From NCBI GenBank assembly GCA_964035545.1, contig OZ037773.1:4617751-4681750 (forward strand): 64,000 bases of DNA. Direction: 5' to 3'. The notes under the pieces were generated by a model. The model did not search any database. It saw only the letters and a list, made by a program, of their open reading frames with translations, and was not told the DNA's origin. Both the position numbers and the translations under genes were made by a program. The stretch comes from Bugula neritina (Eukaryota; Animalia; Bryozoa). Shown piece by piece: positions 12,891 through 27,830 of this stretch (positions are counted from its first letter, which is position 1; each line of letters opens with the position of its first letter).

Positions 12891-13215
12891 GTATATCTAT
12901 ATATATATGTAGTTGTTTGTTATTTCTAGCTTAGATTATTCACAATTTGCTTGTGTCTGTTCATTTTATATAGTGAACAATGACCGACTAGCCAATGTTA
13001 GAGTAACAGTTGGTAAAACTGACACCAACTTTGCCAATCCACCAGAAAATGAGATCTGTGACTACCTTCCTGGACGACCACCAGCAGTTATATTTATGGT
13101 TACATGTCATACTAGAATGTATGGTAGATTCGTTAGAGTAACAGCTGTAGAAATAAATGATTTTTTCAACATTTATGAATTAGATATTCATGGACAAGAA
13201 CCCTTTCGTGATTGA
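7913..13215 (+). CDS. Secreted PAN/Apple-PAN/Apple-F-type lectin (fucolectin domain) protein, ~347 aa
   Basis: Exons 7913-8057, 10525-10695, 11379-11648, 11892-12107, 12974-13215, all with phase-1 GT-AG introns. Signal peptide [10 protein letters not shown]; two C-x3-C-x5/6-C...C PAN units; F-type lectin motifs [44 protein letters not shown]. Confidence 0.85.
8655..8900. repeat. Inverted-repeat flanks around two (TA)n arrays
   Basis: GTAGAAATAAAAGTGTGTTTATAT at ~8656 and its reverse complement (one mismatch) at ~8873-8896 enclose (TA)n - 55 bp - (TA)n. Confidence 0.7.
10763..10850. repeat. (TG)n/(GTGTGC)n microsatellite
   Basis: Visible tandem repeat. Confidence 0.95.
12205..12910. repeat. 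Compound (CA)n/(TA)n/(TATG)n/(TGCGTG)n microsatellite block in lectin intron 4
   Basis: Visible repeats. This block is the source of the spurious YI/CV-repeat ORFs. Confidence 0.95.
12761..12807 (+). ncRNA. Type I hammerhead ribozyme (retrozyme fragment 12742-12815)
   Basis: Stem I TCTGTG/CACAGA, core CTGATGA, stem II GGGA-caaa-TCCC, GAAA, stem III CAG-ctg-CTG (contains palindromic CAGCTG), GTC cleavage triplet ending at 12801. Confidence 0.85.
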
Positions 13216-13756
13216 AATTCTGATGATGTTGTACATTATTAAAATGTTTGTGTGTAACATAATATATTTGCGCGTGGGTGTGTGGGTTCGTGGGTGTGTG
13301 GGCACGTGGGTGCGTGGGTGCGTAGGTTCATGTGTGCGTGTCATTCAAGTTTTAATAATATTCACTAAACTATGATCAACAAAATAAATAGATATATCGA
13401 CAATAACCTAATTTTTCTCGTGCAAATGTAACACAAAAATGACTAAATTAGATTTTTAGTTTCTAAAATTGGCCTTTGTCATTGAGTAGTCGCATACATT
13501 CTATCTTATTCAACAGTAGATTTGTAACTGAAGTTTTAGTTGAAGCAAGAGAACAAAGTAGTTATGCAAACGGGTGTTCATTCTTTTCCCAAATTTAGTT
13601 ATAAGACTTGAAATTCTGAAAACTCGTTGCATCTTAATTAGGGACAAAACATGTTCATAATTATGTTAGCTAGGGTTCACCCATCATTTTTTCTATAAAC
13701 CATCATAACTGCTTAAAAAAACCATCTTTACATCTATATATTATAGTAGTTTATTA

Positions 13757-14200
13757 AAAACACATTGACATTATATGTCAACTTGATTGCCATTGAAATA
13801 CCGTCAACTAGAATGATTTGACGAAAAATTTGGTAAAGGCCGCATTAAAGTCTGGTTTATTGTGCATTTTAATATACCGGTATAAAAAATCTTATCACAT
13901 TCCAAATCATTATATGAGAGTAAAAATAAAATTATTTTAATATTATAATAAAAAGTGAATTATTCTTTAAATCATGATATTTAATATTATTTGACCGAAA
14001 ATCCATTATACATCAACCAAAAAGGTGTGAGCAGGTGCGTGGTGCAACTCTATGTTGAAACATTTTCATTGAAGAATTATTAATTAAAATAATTCACACA
14101 TTACTGAATATTGTGGTAAAAAGTTAACTGCTTGTCATAATTGCGGTAATTTCATTGTAGAAAGAACTCGAGTGACACTGCGCAAACAACTGAAACACAT
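13757..14200 (+). repeat. Dispersed ~440-bp repeat (second copy ~22905-23345)
   Basis: Colinear similarity, e.g. GGTGTGAGCAGGTGCGTGGTGCAACTC and GAGTGACACTGCGCAAACAACTGAAACAC in both copies. Confidence 0.75.
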
Positions 14201-15492
14201 ACTATTTATTTCCATCAAATTGCTTGCATATTATATTCTTGCTTTAATCATCAAATACTATTTAAGCTGTGTTTTTCTACAAGCATTATTCGTTATTGTA
14301 ATGTAATACGGAATATCATTTTTCACACTTTTTATTACCTGTGTCTCTTGTGAGTGGCAACTCTTTCCTTGATAAAATGTCATTAGCATATTATATAGCT
14401 TTTCAATGTTGTTTTATATATATTTCCTGTTATAAATATATCATATATATTTTATTTGGAAGAAAACATAGCTTTATAATATTATTTTACCAGGGTGTTG
14501 CCTACTATAATATATATATATTATACAGATATATTAGCTCCAACATACCACATACTCCTTTAAAACATATTCTGGAATTATAATATAATTTGTGATACCT
14601 GTCAAAAACAATCCTGCCAATGCTGTTTCTACTATAGTGTCATGTGATTCAAATACAACACGTCCATCTGCTTTTGTATTGTAGTTATTTTAAAAACTTA
14701 GCATAGTTGCTTTACATGAAACAATTATTATATAAAATATTACCATATCCTGCCACCCGATCAGGAACTGCAGGTGAAGAAATTAGGTGGACAAAGATCA
14801 CATTGATCTCTTAGAAAAAATGAAAAGTAATAATAGAGCATAATTTTGAAAATAATCATGCAATTTTGAAATCACAAGTTGCATGTCAAGCAATTAACTT
14901 ATTTGTGGACTTATTATTAGTGAACATATTTTTTGCAGTGTTGAAATACTTTCAGTGTTTATTATACCAAAAATTGATCTCATGCAGTCATGTCAGCTTT
15001 TATTTAGAGAACACATCTTTAAACAAATTTTAATGCAGAATATATTCTTTCCAATTTATCTGCATCTACAAGTTTTCTTGTTTTTTAAATGTTTTTTTAA
15101 TACAATCAGTTCAAGTAGAAGCACCAAAGTTGATATTGAACAACCTTTTTCTAAATAAATATTGTTGACTCCAAAAAATTGTTTCATCATTTGTCAGTTT
15201 TCAGCCAAATGTGTTCATCTTAGCAAAAAAGTTATAACTAATAAGTTTCTAAATATAGCCACAAAAGTTATACACAAGAACATAACTTGTCTGGATGAAT
15301 TATAACTATTATAGGTAGCAATTAGCCAAATGTTCTTTTTCAATAAATATTTAAAATGATTAAAATATGCGAATTTTTTCGAGTATTGCATATTTTTATT
15401 GAAAGTATTAAGTTTTTGTATAATTGTGCATAAATCAGTATATCAACTATAATAACAAACTATAAATTTATAGAAAGTTTAGATACATCAAT

Positions 15493-16845
<1,353 letters not shown>

Positions 16846-18027
16846 AATTCTGATGATGTTGTACATTATTGAAATGTTTGTGTGTAACATAATATATTTG
16901 CGCGTGGGTGTGTGGGTTCGTGGGTGCGTGGGTGCGTAGGTTCATGTGTGCGCGTCATTCAAGTTTTAATAATATTCACTAAATTATGATCAACAAAATA
17001 AATAGATATCTCGACAATAACCTAATTTTTCTCGTGCAAATGTAACACAGAAGTGACAAAATTAGATTTCTAGTTTCTAAAATTGGCCTTTGTCATTGAG
17101 TAGTCGCATACATTCTACCTTATTTAGCAGTAGATTTGTAACTGAAGTTCTAGTTGAAGCAAGAGAACAAAGTAGTTATGCAAACTGCTGTTCATTCTTT
17201 TCTCAAATTTAGTTATAAGAGTTGAAACTCTGAAAACTTGTTGAATCCTAATTCCGGACAAAACATGTTCGCAATTATGTTAGCTAGGGTTCACCCATCA
17301 TTTTCCATAAATCATCATAACTGCTTAAAAAGCCATCTTTACATCCATATATTATAGTATTTCATGTTAATAATGTTTATAATATATAATATACATGTGC
17401 AATTTAGAAAGTGCTGATAAATATTCATTTGAATAAATTTTTATATATAATTTGAATCATTTTTGTACTGTTTGTTAATTAATTTCTGGGTAAATCTAAT
17501 AAAGGTTTGGCAGTTTACTAAAATAATATATATCCAAAGTTCAAATTTAATGATTTAATCAAAGTTGAGAGAAGTATAACCTTAGGTATGTAGGCTTTTA
17601 TTGGTCAAATGTTAGTTGCAATCTAAATAATAACAAATTGAGGGGTAACATTCATAACACCCATGCAAAGCACAACAATGTAATAGAACTAAGATTAACA
17701 GTTTTTTATTTATTATTATTTATGTTGTGTAAATATAGCAGCTAAAGAAATCTAAACTTGTGGTATTGTATGTTTTTAGCCTATATTATATAACTGTTGG
17801 TTAAAACTTCTTATATATCTGAAATGACACACGTGACTTATTCATATACAAGATTTGATTTGCTTTATTGCATGCTACACAAAATATACTAAAAAACAGA
17901 AAAACTATTTTTCAGAATTTTTTTTTATTAAATAACAACATTGAGAGCAGAGGTCCAGTTTAGGTAAAAATAGGTTAACTATTTTTACAAATTTCCCAAA
18001 TATGTCATCATGTAATTAATACTCATA

Positions 18028-18428
18028 TTATCTTCTTCCTTTGCAAAAATTTTTGCAAATAACTCTGAACTTAGGAAGTCTATAAGCGGCCACTGTCACT
18101 GAACCTGTGAAATGTTGACAAATTGCTTAAATTATTGCAACAGCATTATATATTGAAACTTTGCAAATTTTGTGCTTTTATTCTTGTAGCCAATAACAGA
18201 TATAGCAAATAAATACTTAAGTAGTAATATTTATCATGCATGTTTAGTAAGTGTTTGTACATTATATAAAGCTGTTTGTATTGTTTATGATTGTTTATAT
18301 TTATCCTTCGAAAAGATTTCAAGTTGAAATAAATCTTTCTATTTCTATAAATTTAACATTGGAATTTCCTACTTACCTAATGAAGTTATGGCAATCATCA
18401 TGATGAGAAACAAAGCAACAACTTTCAT
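18028..18428 (-). CDS. Secreted short 2-Cys cationic peptide (truncated defensin-like; possibly a pseudogene)
   Basis: Exons 18428-18377 + 18104-18028: MKVVALFLIMMIAITSLGSVTVAAYRLPKFRVICKNFCKGRR*. Confidence 0.6.
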
Positions 18429-19797
18429 ATCTGATTTGTGTCTAGAAATTTAATATTAAACATACTAAACAATATATATATATATCATTATTTTAAAATA
18501 GACTGAAATATACTATAAATATAAAAAAGGTTGCATGGTTCTTGAGTTGTTAACACTATGTTTCTTTTAGATATTTTTGTGATTGCAATATTATTAGTGA
18601 AAAGAAAAATTACCCGATGAGTAAACATACTTAGTGATCACCAATAGAAAATGTTCAGCATTGTCAAACTTATTAAACTATACCAACTTCAATAAATCAC
18701 ATGTTTTGAATATGCCAATGAGTAAAAGTGAATGTATTTTTATATGTACCTGTTTCTTGTAAAACAATTATAATCAGTTACTACACAGCTGTTATAGTGA
18801 ATATAATATAGATGCATTTGCCTTTATAAAATATGTAGTCTACTTATATATGTTTTTTTACCTAGAATAGTTCTTATAACTTTTAATCAATTGGCTTACT
18901 GCCAATATCAAGGGGTAACATAGTTAATTTAACATTACTTTTAGTATGGTAACTTGATCGCAATAACTGCAGAACAATAATTTACCACTAAAATCTGAAA
19001 AACATGCATATCCGCCTATATTAAGAGAATTTGGTTTTGCATTAGGACAATGCAGCTGATCTATAAAAAGGATAGTTTTATAGAGGTATCTAGTCAGTCA
19101 ATTTAGCATAAGATGAGATTTTAATAAAAAATAACCCAAATATAGCATCAATGTTAGGTATAAGATCCTCGTATTTCTAGGATATAATGTGCCTCTGATA
19201 AATTATATAAATATATGCATGTTTATAACTGTGATCAAAATGTTTCCTCAAGCAATTTCGTGTTAAATCCTTGAGAGCATAGTGCAGTATGCCTTCTCTG
19301 GGTTTTTGATTTTTTCCACAGCATAACTGGGCATGGAGAAGATGCCTGATTTTTTATACTGGATATGATTTTTTTTCTATAGTTGTTTCTATATATACTG
19401 CTGTTTTGTCGTCGATTAGTATTCTTTTCTCTTTAAATTTTGGACCTGCCAAGATCAATTGCATTCATCCTATTTCTGCATATGTGCCTTAAAGATTTTA
19501 TACCTTAATTAGTGCTATGTTCGGGAGAGATACTCTAAAGTATATATTGCTAATTTAACGCTTAAACTGGAAGCAGAAAATCTTCAATTCATAACAGAAT
19601 ATTATAGGACTTCAGAAAAGTTTCAAATTTGTTGTGTTGGTTATTATAGATGACTAAGATAATAAAGCAAAGCAGTTTTTTGGTCGTTATGAAAATTCAT
19701 GCTGTAGAATAAAAGCCACTCTAATTCTACATGCATACATCAATTTGAATAAAGAGGCACTAACATATTCCTAAATCTCTATAGAAGCAACGTCAAA

Positions 19798-20245
19798 ATG
19801 AAAGTTTTTGTTGCAGCTGCGATAGTTATGATGTAACTGCTTGCAGAACATTGGGTGGGTTAAAAATTATTTTACACTAATTCATATAGGGAAACAAATT
19901 CTGATTTTTTTTCTCAGCCATAGATTACAGGTTTTCTGAGAATTGGAATTATATCATTCATATAATACTTAAATTTATAATAACACTTACAAGTTTTTAG
20001 TTGTAACCATGCAAATCTTCAGCACACAAAATATATAATTATATACTATATATAAACTCTGGTTGCAAAAATAGCGTTGCATAGCAACATATACACTAAT
20101 ATTGCTAAAGTTATTAAAATAGTGCAGATTTTAACAGCTTTACAACATCTTATAGCAGAGACTCAGAGTTTAAGAAAATTGTATTTCATGGAGGGATACG
20201 TGCAGAAATTATGTAAATTATAGAATGTATGGAAGGTGTTATTAA
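19798..20245 (+). pseudogene. Decayed copy of the Tyr/Lys-rich peptide gene
   Basis: Signal exon MKVFVAAAIVMM* with remnant CATTGG|GT. The segment after TTTAACAG (~20138) resembles the GCAGAG...AGAAA...GGATAC...TATGGAAG cargo exon but is frameshifted. Confidence 0.55.
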
Positions 20246-21072
20246 GCAAGTTCCTTAATTACAGCAAATATACCAAGTAATTAACATGATATAAAAGATG
20301 CATATACACTTCATTTTAATTATTTTTGTAAAAAATTGGTGTATTTTGCTGAAATTTATTCTTAAAATCTGTTTTCTTATAATAGCTCTTAAACATTTTC
20401 TGCATTTAAATTTTTGTTTTTTCTAAAAAATACAGCTATATATTGTAAATAATGATATTTACTATTTTTAAAAAATATGATGATTTTGTATATGAAAAAA
20501 ATAGCCATGAGTGTGTGAGGTGTTCATATAATCCTTCTCTTTTAAATTATTCTAATGCTACATTGTGAATGTACTTGATGAAGTATACAAGCATTCACAT
20601 TAGATCATTCAAATTAATAGTTTGACTAAATACTTTGTTTGACACATTTTGCGAGCAGATCGGAGTATTTACATGCAGCATGCTTGATTTTGCTTTATAT
20701 TTGATTTTATATATATAGTTGCATAGTAGGCAAATATTAGGTTGCAATATGGGCGTTGCTGGGTTACGCCATTATACAAATTTGTAGAGAAAAGCACATT
20801 TTTACCATCTGACATGCACTGCGAAATGCATGCTGACTTTTATACTTATGTTGCTCTCAATATATTTTTTCTAAGAAATGATATAATGTTTTTCTGTTCT
20901 TTTCATCTGTTTCATTGTAGAGATCATATCAATTACAAGCATATCACAAAATCAGAGCTCAAAAATTTATTTTTTCAAAGATACTTAAATGATAAATAAC
21001 AGTTATCAAAAACGAATTATAATTTAAGTGAAGGTCGTGTCCAGGTCAAGAGTTGGCAGTAAAGAAAGCTGG

Positions 21073-21330
21073 TTAGTAGTATTTGCCATAGTGTTTGTTT
21101 CCATGATACCTGTAGCTCTTTCTATAATATGATTTTCTGTAACCTCCAGCCTCGGCTACAGAAGCTGTTAAAATATGCAATAACTTCGTTATTTACCGAG
21201 TCAGTAAAGCATCGATTATTCATTATTGAAAAAACTGTCAATTGGTAATCCTATAATATAGAACATTTGTCAACTTACCCAATGCACTGAAAGCAATCAT
21301 AGCAATTACAGCTACAGCAAGAACCTTCAT
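21073..21330 (-). CDS. Secreted Tyr/Lys/Arg-rich cysteine-free peptide (copy A)
   Basis: Exons 21330-21279 + 21164-21073: MKVLAVAVIAMIAFSALASVAEA|GGYRKSYYRKSYRYHGNKHYGKYY*. Exon 1 ~22004-22060, TATA at ~22080. Confidence 0.85.
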
Positions 21331-23376
21331 GTTGATTTTGTTTCTGCATAAATTACAAAGCATGATGTAATTTTAAAAATATAAACAAGATTATACTTTT
21401 AAGACACAATGCTACAACTTTTAACAGACAAACTATGATAAAAGGCAATTGCGAAAAAACACTGTGCAAACAAGAGAGTTTGCTAGTACATATTATTATG
21501 TGGCTATTTAAACATTTTTATGAAATAAATTACATTTGATAAGTATAAACAAATATTTACCAATTTAATTCTTAGTCATAAGACTAACATTTATGTAGAA
21601 GATTATATGTGCATCCTTTATTGATTAGCAATGCATGTCTGTTAAATTAATATTATTTTATTCCTATATATAGTTGCTTTGCTGCTAAGTATGGGCTGCG
21701 ATGGCTTGTTAGAGTATTTTAAAAGATAGCTCAAAAACGTCTGTATCCATCAAAGGGTTCATGTCAAAATGTATTTTGTATCGAATTTGCACATAGTCTT
21801 AGAATTTTTGAATGATGTTGTGCAAATAATAAATAATTTGTTAAGTATGCAACTAATATTTATGGTTTTAGTTCATTTAAAAAAGCACTTCATATTATAA
21901 AATATACATTCAGTGGTGGTATAAAAACATATGTGACTAGCAATATATTATAACTGTATAAGCTATATATAGGATATAATATATTAGTTGGTAAAGTAAC
22001 GCACCTGTAAATCTTGATCTGTAGTAAACAGTTGTAAGAGTATGAACACTATTGAAGTAAAAAGATATGCCGCCGCTCTTATATATACTGTTTCAAGTCA
22101 TCTTCTAAACTTGAAGTGTTACATAGCGCTTTGTCTCAATTGTCATTATTTTGAAGTCGATTGAACTGGCTATTAACTTTAATCGCTTTTTAAAAAGATA
22201 CAATAATGGTGGTTTTTTTGTTTCCACTTTTCCCCTAGATATAAAAAGTGTTCAGCACTTCCATCAATGCTGGCTGACACCTAGAGATCAAAATAACAAT
22301 AACACATTATTTAATACAGCTCTCAGGGTATAATGTTTAAATGATACAATCGTTGATGAATTGACATTATATTATCAAGGTCCTTGTTGACCTACAACTT
22401 CCAAGGCCAAGTATTGGTTAGGAAGTTTGAATAGACTCAACAAATTACTTACAGTAGACGATCTTCAAGCAGTGGAATATATAATTTTAATAAAATTGCT
22501 ATATGTATACTTGCAGTATTCATTATTCAAATTAGATCTTTTGTTATTATATGTCTATAATTATTAATTAATTTCAAATTTTGAAACTGCATTTAAATTA
22601 AAACAAAAAAATCTAAATAGCATTTTCTAAAAGTATTGCTATTTTAAGCGGAACTCTTATGCTCATGCTTTTTGAGTTTGCAAATACAACTACAAATCAC
22701 ATGGGAAACAAGTCTTAAGTAATAAAACAAATAAAACTATAGAATGAATTTTGAGAAAATGAAATAAATCTATTGAATTGGATTGCATTTTGTCATATAT
22801 ACATTATGACCTGTAAATACTGTTTACAAGAAAACATTACAGCTGTGCATTGCATTCTTGTTGACATCTTTTGCATAAACAACTGCTTTTGTTATGTGGT
22901 TCATTAAAAACACATTGTCATTATGTCAAGTTGATTGCCATTGCAATTTACCATAAACTAGAATGACTTGACAAAAAATTGGGTGAAGACTGCATTGCCT
23001 GGTCTATTGTGTATTTTAATATACCAATATAGAAAATCCTATTACATTGCAAATAATTATAAGAGAGCAGAGATAAAAAATTTTTAATATTGAAAAAAAA
23101 GTTAATTATTCTTTAAGTCATGATATGTAATATTATTTGGCCAAAAATTCATTATACATCAACCAAAAGGGTGTGAGCAGGTGCGTGGTGCAACTCTTTG
23201 TTGAAACATTTTTATTGAGGAATTATTAATCAAAATAATTCACACATTACTGAATATTGTGGTAAAAAAGTTAACTGCTCGTCATAATTGCGTTAATTTT
23301 ATTGTAAAAAGAGCTCGAGTGACACTGCGCAAACAACTGAAACACGTACTAGCTATAACTAGTTTACACACTTTTA

Positions 23377-23422
<46 letters not shown>

Positions 23423-23572
23423 CAATCTGTGGACAGTTTGTCCCCTTGTCAGCACAGAACAGAGTACCATGGCCCACACCTTCGCAATAGTAGAAACTTA
23501 TGTTTCTACTAAAGCATATTTAAAAGGTGTGTAAACTCCAGCCAGAGTGCTCAAGTGACTCTAGGGGACACC
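23423..23572 (-). mobile_element. Partial, degenerate retrozyme copy next to (TA)n
   Basis: Matches the 271-bp unit. The hammerhead is internally deleted (CTGACAAGGGGACAAACTGTCC). Confidence 0.8.
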
Positions 23573-24744
23573 TATATATATATACAGCACATATATTCCA
23601 GTAAAAAGAATCTGCTCCATGTTCTCATACTGGTATTGAATTTAAAATTAAATTTAAATTAAAATTAAATTTAAGATTATAATATAATTAGCAATAAGCA
23701 AATAAAAATAACACAAACATAAAGTTGCAAAAACATCTAGCATTGCAGAATTTATTTTTAAAAAGTATTAGAGGTCAGTTGCATAACTATTTAATTTTAA
23801 TTTGCAGACTTTAGTTTTTTAGATTTAGATATTCACCAACATATTTTTCTCTAAAAAATAATGAATTTGCTTGAAGTTTTCTGTTAATAAAAAAGAATAC
23901 ATAGAGGCTGCAGAAAGAGTTTAAAAATCACATATACTATAATAGTGACAAAGGTTGCTATATAATAAAGATGACTCATCTTAATTCCCAGGTTGCTACA
24001 AATATGCACTTCCCATGATGCAACTGCAAAAAATAAGTCTGCAACAAGAACAAGAAGTTACATAAGAGCAATATCTTGTGAAAGTAAACTACATTGGTTG
24101 CTTTTTGAGGACATTCCGTATAACCAGGGTATAAAAGTTTTATGCATAATCATGCAGGCACATTATTATTAAAAAATACATAATAATACACCAGGATATT
24201 TATAATTACAATCTCAAGATCAACAGTAAAATCAGTTTTTTTTCTAAGTGCTAAACAATACGTGGAAACACACTATTCTATTGTAATTAACAAAAAATGG
24301 AGATTATTTTTTGCGTTATTTGAAAAAATATAATCTACGCAATGCCTATAATCATTGCATTGCTGCAGCTGTAGAAAAATCATGAGTTTCGAAATGAAAT
24401 ATTCTTTTATAGCATTTTAAATGACTCGAAGATATTGCATAAATGTGTTTATCATATTATTATCATATGACAAACAATCTATAACAGTTTGTTTCCTGTT
24501 ATCTAAAAAATAATTCTCAAAAAAATGTTAGTTAGGCATGCAATTAAAAATTTTTTTGAAAAAGATATACAATTGAAATAACTGCAACATTGAAAAATAA
24601 AACTGTTTTGGTTTCTTATGCTATAGTATAAAAAATTGCAGCTTTAACCAACTTTAAAATTATTTGCTTATATAATTAGACATTTAACAAATCTTTGGTT
24701 TAAATTGTAAATTTTTACTGGAAGCTTTTTAAGCAAAAAGCTAT

Positions 24745-25143
24745 AAATAACGAAATAGATACATTGTTATAGCTGGCAACGAATGCTTAGGTAATCAAAA
24801 CCTGCTGAGTCTGTTTAAACTGTTGAGTCACAGCTCAACCTTGTAAAACAGCTTAAAAAAAAATTTTTACAAAATATAATATTATATGTAAAGTCAATTT
24901 ATCAATAACTGTATCAGTTAAACATCCCTGGGAAGAGTGTTATGAAATAACGAGATAGGTACATTGTTATTGCTGGCCACAAATGCTTAGGTAATCAAAA
25001 CTTGCTGAATCTGTTTAAACTGTTGAGTCACAGCTCAACCTTGCAAAACCTTAAAAAAAGTTCTATACAAGAAATATCATGTAAAGTCAATTTATCAATA
25101 ACTCTGTCAGTTAAACATCCCTGGGAAGAGTGTTATGAAATAA
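24745..25143 (+). repeat. Direct tandem duplication (~195-bp unit x2)
   Basis: ATGCTTAGGTAATCAAAAC...GTTGAGTCACAGCTCAACC...CATCCCTGGGAAGAGTGTTATGAAATAA occurs twice. Confidence 0.85.
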
Positions 25144-26005
25144 TGTGATATGGTTTTAATATATGTAGCTGTCAACACCAATAGAAACTCGGAACATTTT
25201 TATATATATAAAAAATGCAAGCAATAAATCACCATTACTTCATCTTTTAAAAAACAATTAAATGTAAAAGCCAATCAGTTTCAAAATAATGACAATTGAA
25301 ACAAAGTGCTACGTAACACTTCAAGTTTAGAAGATGACTTGAAACAGTATATATAAGAGCAGCAGCATGTCTTTTTACTTCAATAGTGTTCATACTCTTA
25401 CAACTGTTTACTACAGATCAAGATTTACAGGTGCGTTACTTCACCAGCTAATATAATTTAGATATATAGTCTAATTTATAAGCCTTATAATTATGCAAAG
25501 AATATAGCAAGAGTTTCAATAATAATGTTGAAATACATATTTAGTATATTGTAGTATAAAAATTTTAAACAGCGTGTAGAATTTCATTTTCAAGAAGTAT
25601 AGATATTTTGGAATTATATTTCGAAATGTTTTAAAGAGTCAACAGTCTGGAATCAGCATTAATATGATTCTTATATCAATTTAGCAAAGCAACTAATAAT
25701 ATTATTTAACTTTCTAATAATAATAGAATTATACATTTTAATCAATGGAAGTAAAGAAACATATATAAATGCTTTAGTGTTTGTTGCTGAGCTACCTTAA
25801 GTTGAATAGCTGTTTATATGCAACAAGTTTTAGCAAAAGTTTTAATATAGAAATAGTTTAGATAGCCATGCATTTAGCCGTAGAGAAGTGTTTAAAGATT
25901 TATTCATGATTTTTAATATAATATATGCTGTGGTATTTCTACTAGATTCATAATATTTATAAAATGGTGTCATTTCTTATGATTATTCACAGAAACATTA
26001 TCAAC

Positions 26006-26238
26006 ATGAAGGTTCTTGCTGTTGCTGTAATTGCCATGATTGCTTTCAGTGCACTGGGTGAGTGAAAATGTTCTATGATCAACAGTTTAACCACATTTAT
26101 ATTTAGTACTCAGTACATAACGCAGTTATATTGCATATTTTAACAGCTTCTGTAGCAGAGGCTGGAGGTTACAGAAAATCATATTATAGAAAGAGCTACA
26201 GGTATCACGGAAACAAGCACTATGGCAAATACTACTAA
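26006..26238 (+). CDS. Secreted Tyr/Lys/Arg-rich cysteine-free peptide (copy B; protein identical to copy A)
   Basis: Exons 26006-26057 + 26147-26238. TATA at ~25348; exon-1 donor at 25430. Confidence 0.85.
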
Positions 26239-26945
26239 CCAGCTTTCTTCACCACCAACTCTTGACCTGGACACGACTATAACTTCAATTCTGATTTTAT
26301 TTTTTAAAAAAAAATGTTTGTTGTTTAAGTATTGAATAAAAAATAAATTTTTGAGCTCTTGACTAATTAACATACTTGTAATTGATATGTTTACTATACC
26401 ATATAAAAAAACACAAATATATTTTAAAATATATATAGCACTTTTATGTAACAAAGGAAAACAACAAATAATATTACCTGTCTCATTATAAGGGTGTTAA
26501 GCAAATGACTTGATCATATTGGTACATATAGGAAAATTGTGCTATAGTGCAATTTAATCAAGCATATCTAGTTTAATAACAGCTTGAATAGAGTAATTTT
26601 ATTCAATATGCCATGTGTCTATATATAATATCTAATATACCTAATCTTGAATGATGAAAATTTTAGAAGCTTCACTATACTTAGCATTGTTGTAGTTTTT
26701 CGTAATTGACTAGTGATTGTGGGTAATGCGTGTATTCAAAGCTAAAACACACTCTTTGTATCTACCGAAGAGAGAAAATTATGAGTGATTGAATGAGAGA
26801 GTATATACGTGTATTTAATGTAATTCAGAAAAAGAGATAAAAGATAAAAATAAGAAAATCAGAACTGCACATTAGTTATCCTACTAGCCAAGTGTCACTA
26901 GGGGTACTGAGTTTCCTGCTTATGTAAGGGAGCTGTTGTCAAGCA

Positions 26946-27012
<67 letters not shown>

Positions 27013-27016
<4 letters not shown>

Positions 27017-27292
27017 AATCTGTGGACAGCAGCTGTTTCGGGATTTGTCCCCTCATCAGCACAGAACAGAGTACCATGGCCCACGCCTTCGCAATAGTAA
27101 AACTTATAGTTTTACTAAAGCATATTTAAAAGGTGTGTAAACTCAAGCCAGAGTGCTCAAGTGACTCTAGGGGTCACCTAGGAGTCACGAGCATTGCAAA
27201 ATGCTAGCAGCTTGAGTTTGTGACTATGGTGAGAGTGCTCAATCATTTAATGTCATTGCTGAGCATTAAATGAGAGCGTAATATCTCAATCT
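27013..27292 (-). mobile_element. Full-length retrozyme-like monomer with intact type I hammerhead (27019-27065)
   Basis: Unit begins and ends with CAGATTGAGA (terminal redundancy just 3' of the cleavage site). The core CTGATGA...GAAA...GTC is intact, and the unit abuts (TA)n. Confidence 0.85.
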
Positions 27293-27318
27293 GGGGCGAA
27301 AGACTAATTGTGACTGGA

Positions 27319-27461
<143 letters not shown>

Positions 27462-27830
27462 CAGTCACAATTAGTCTTTTGCCCCATCTGAATAAGTGCC
27501 TATATAGTTCCTAGTCTCGTTCCATCAGGGGTTTTCTCACATAAATGGCGACTATGATACTTTTGCATGAGTTTATAGAAGCTGAGCAAAATATTAAATT
27601 ACTTCTATTGTTTTAGCAACCTATTTCAAAAAAGCATTTTAATTTCCTGTAATTATTTGTCCTTTTATTTTGGAGAATAGATGAAAATTACAAAGCAAAT
27701 ATAGCCATCAGCTTAAAACATTGCATCATCTCAAATGTATTATGGTTCTGGTGAAACGAACAAAAAATTGTTTTTTCAAATATTCAAGAGCTAAAACTAA
27801 ATCTAGGTTGACATGAAGGCACAATGATTC

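Noticed and set aside
12136-12912. Long ORFs of YI/CV/HT repeats (also 10670-10917, 15654-16564, 23259-23534, 27266-27487, 34752-35129, 46076-46267)
   Set aside because: They are translations of dinucleotide microsatellites, not genes.
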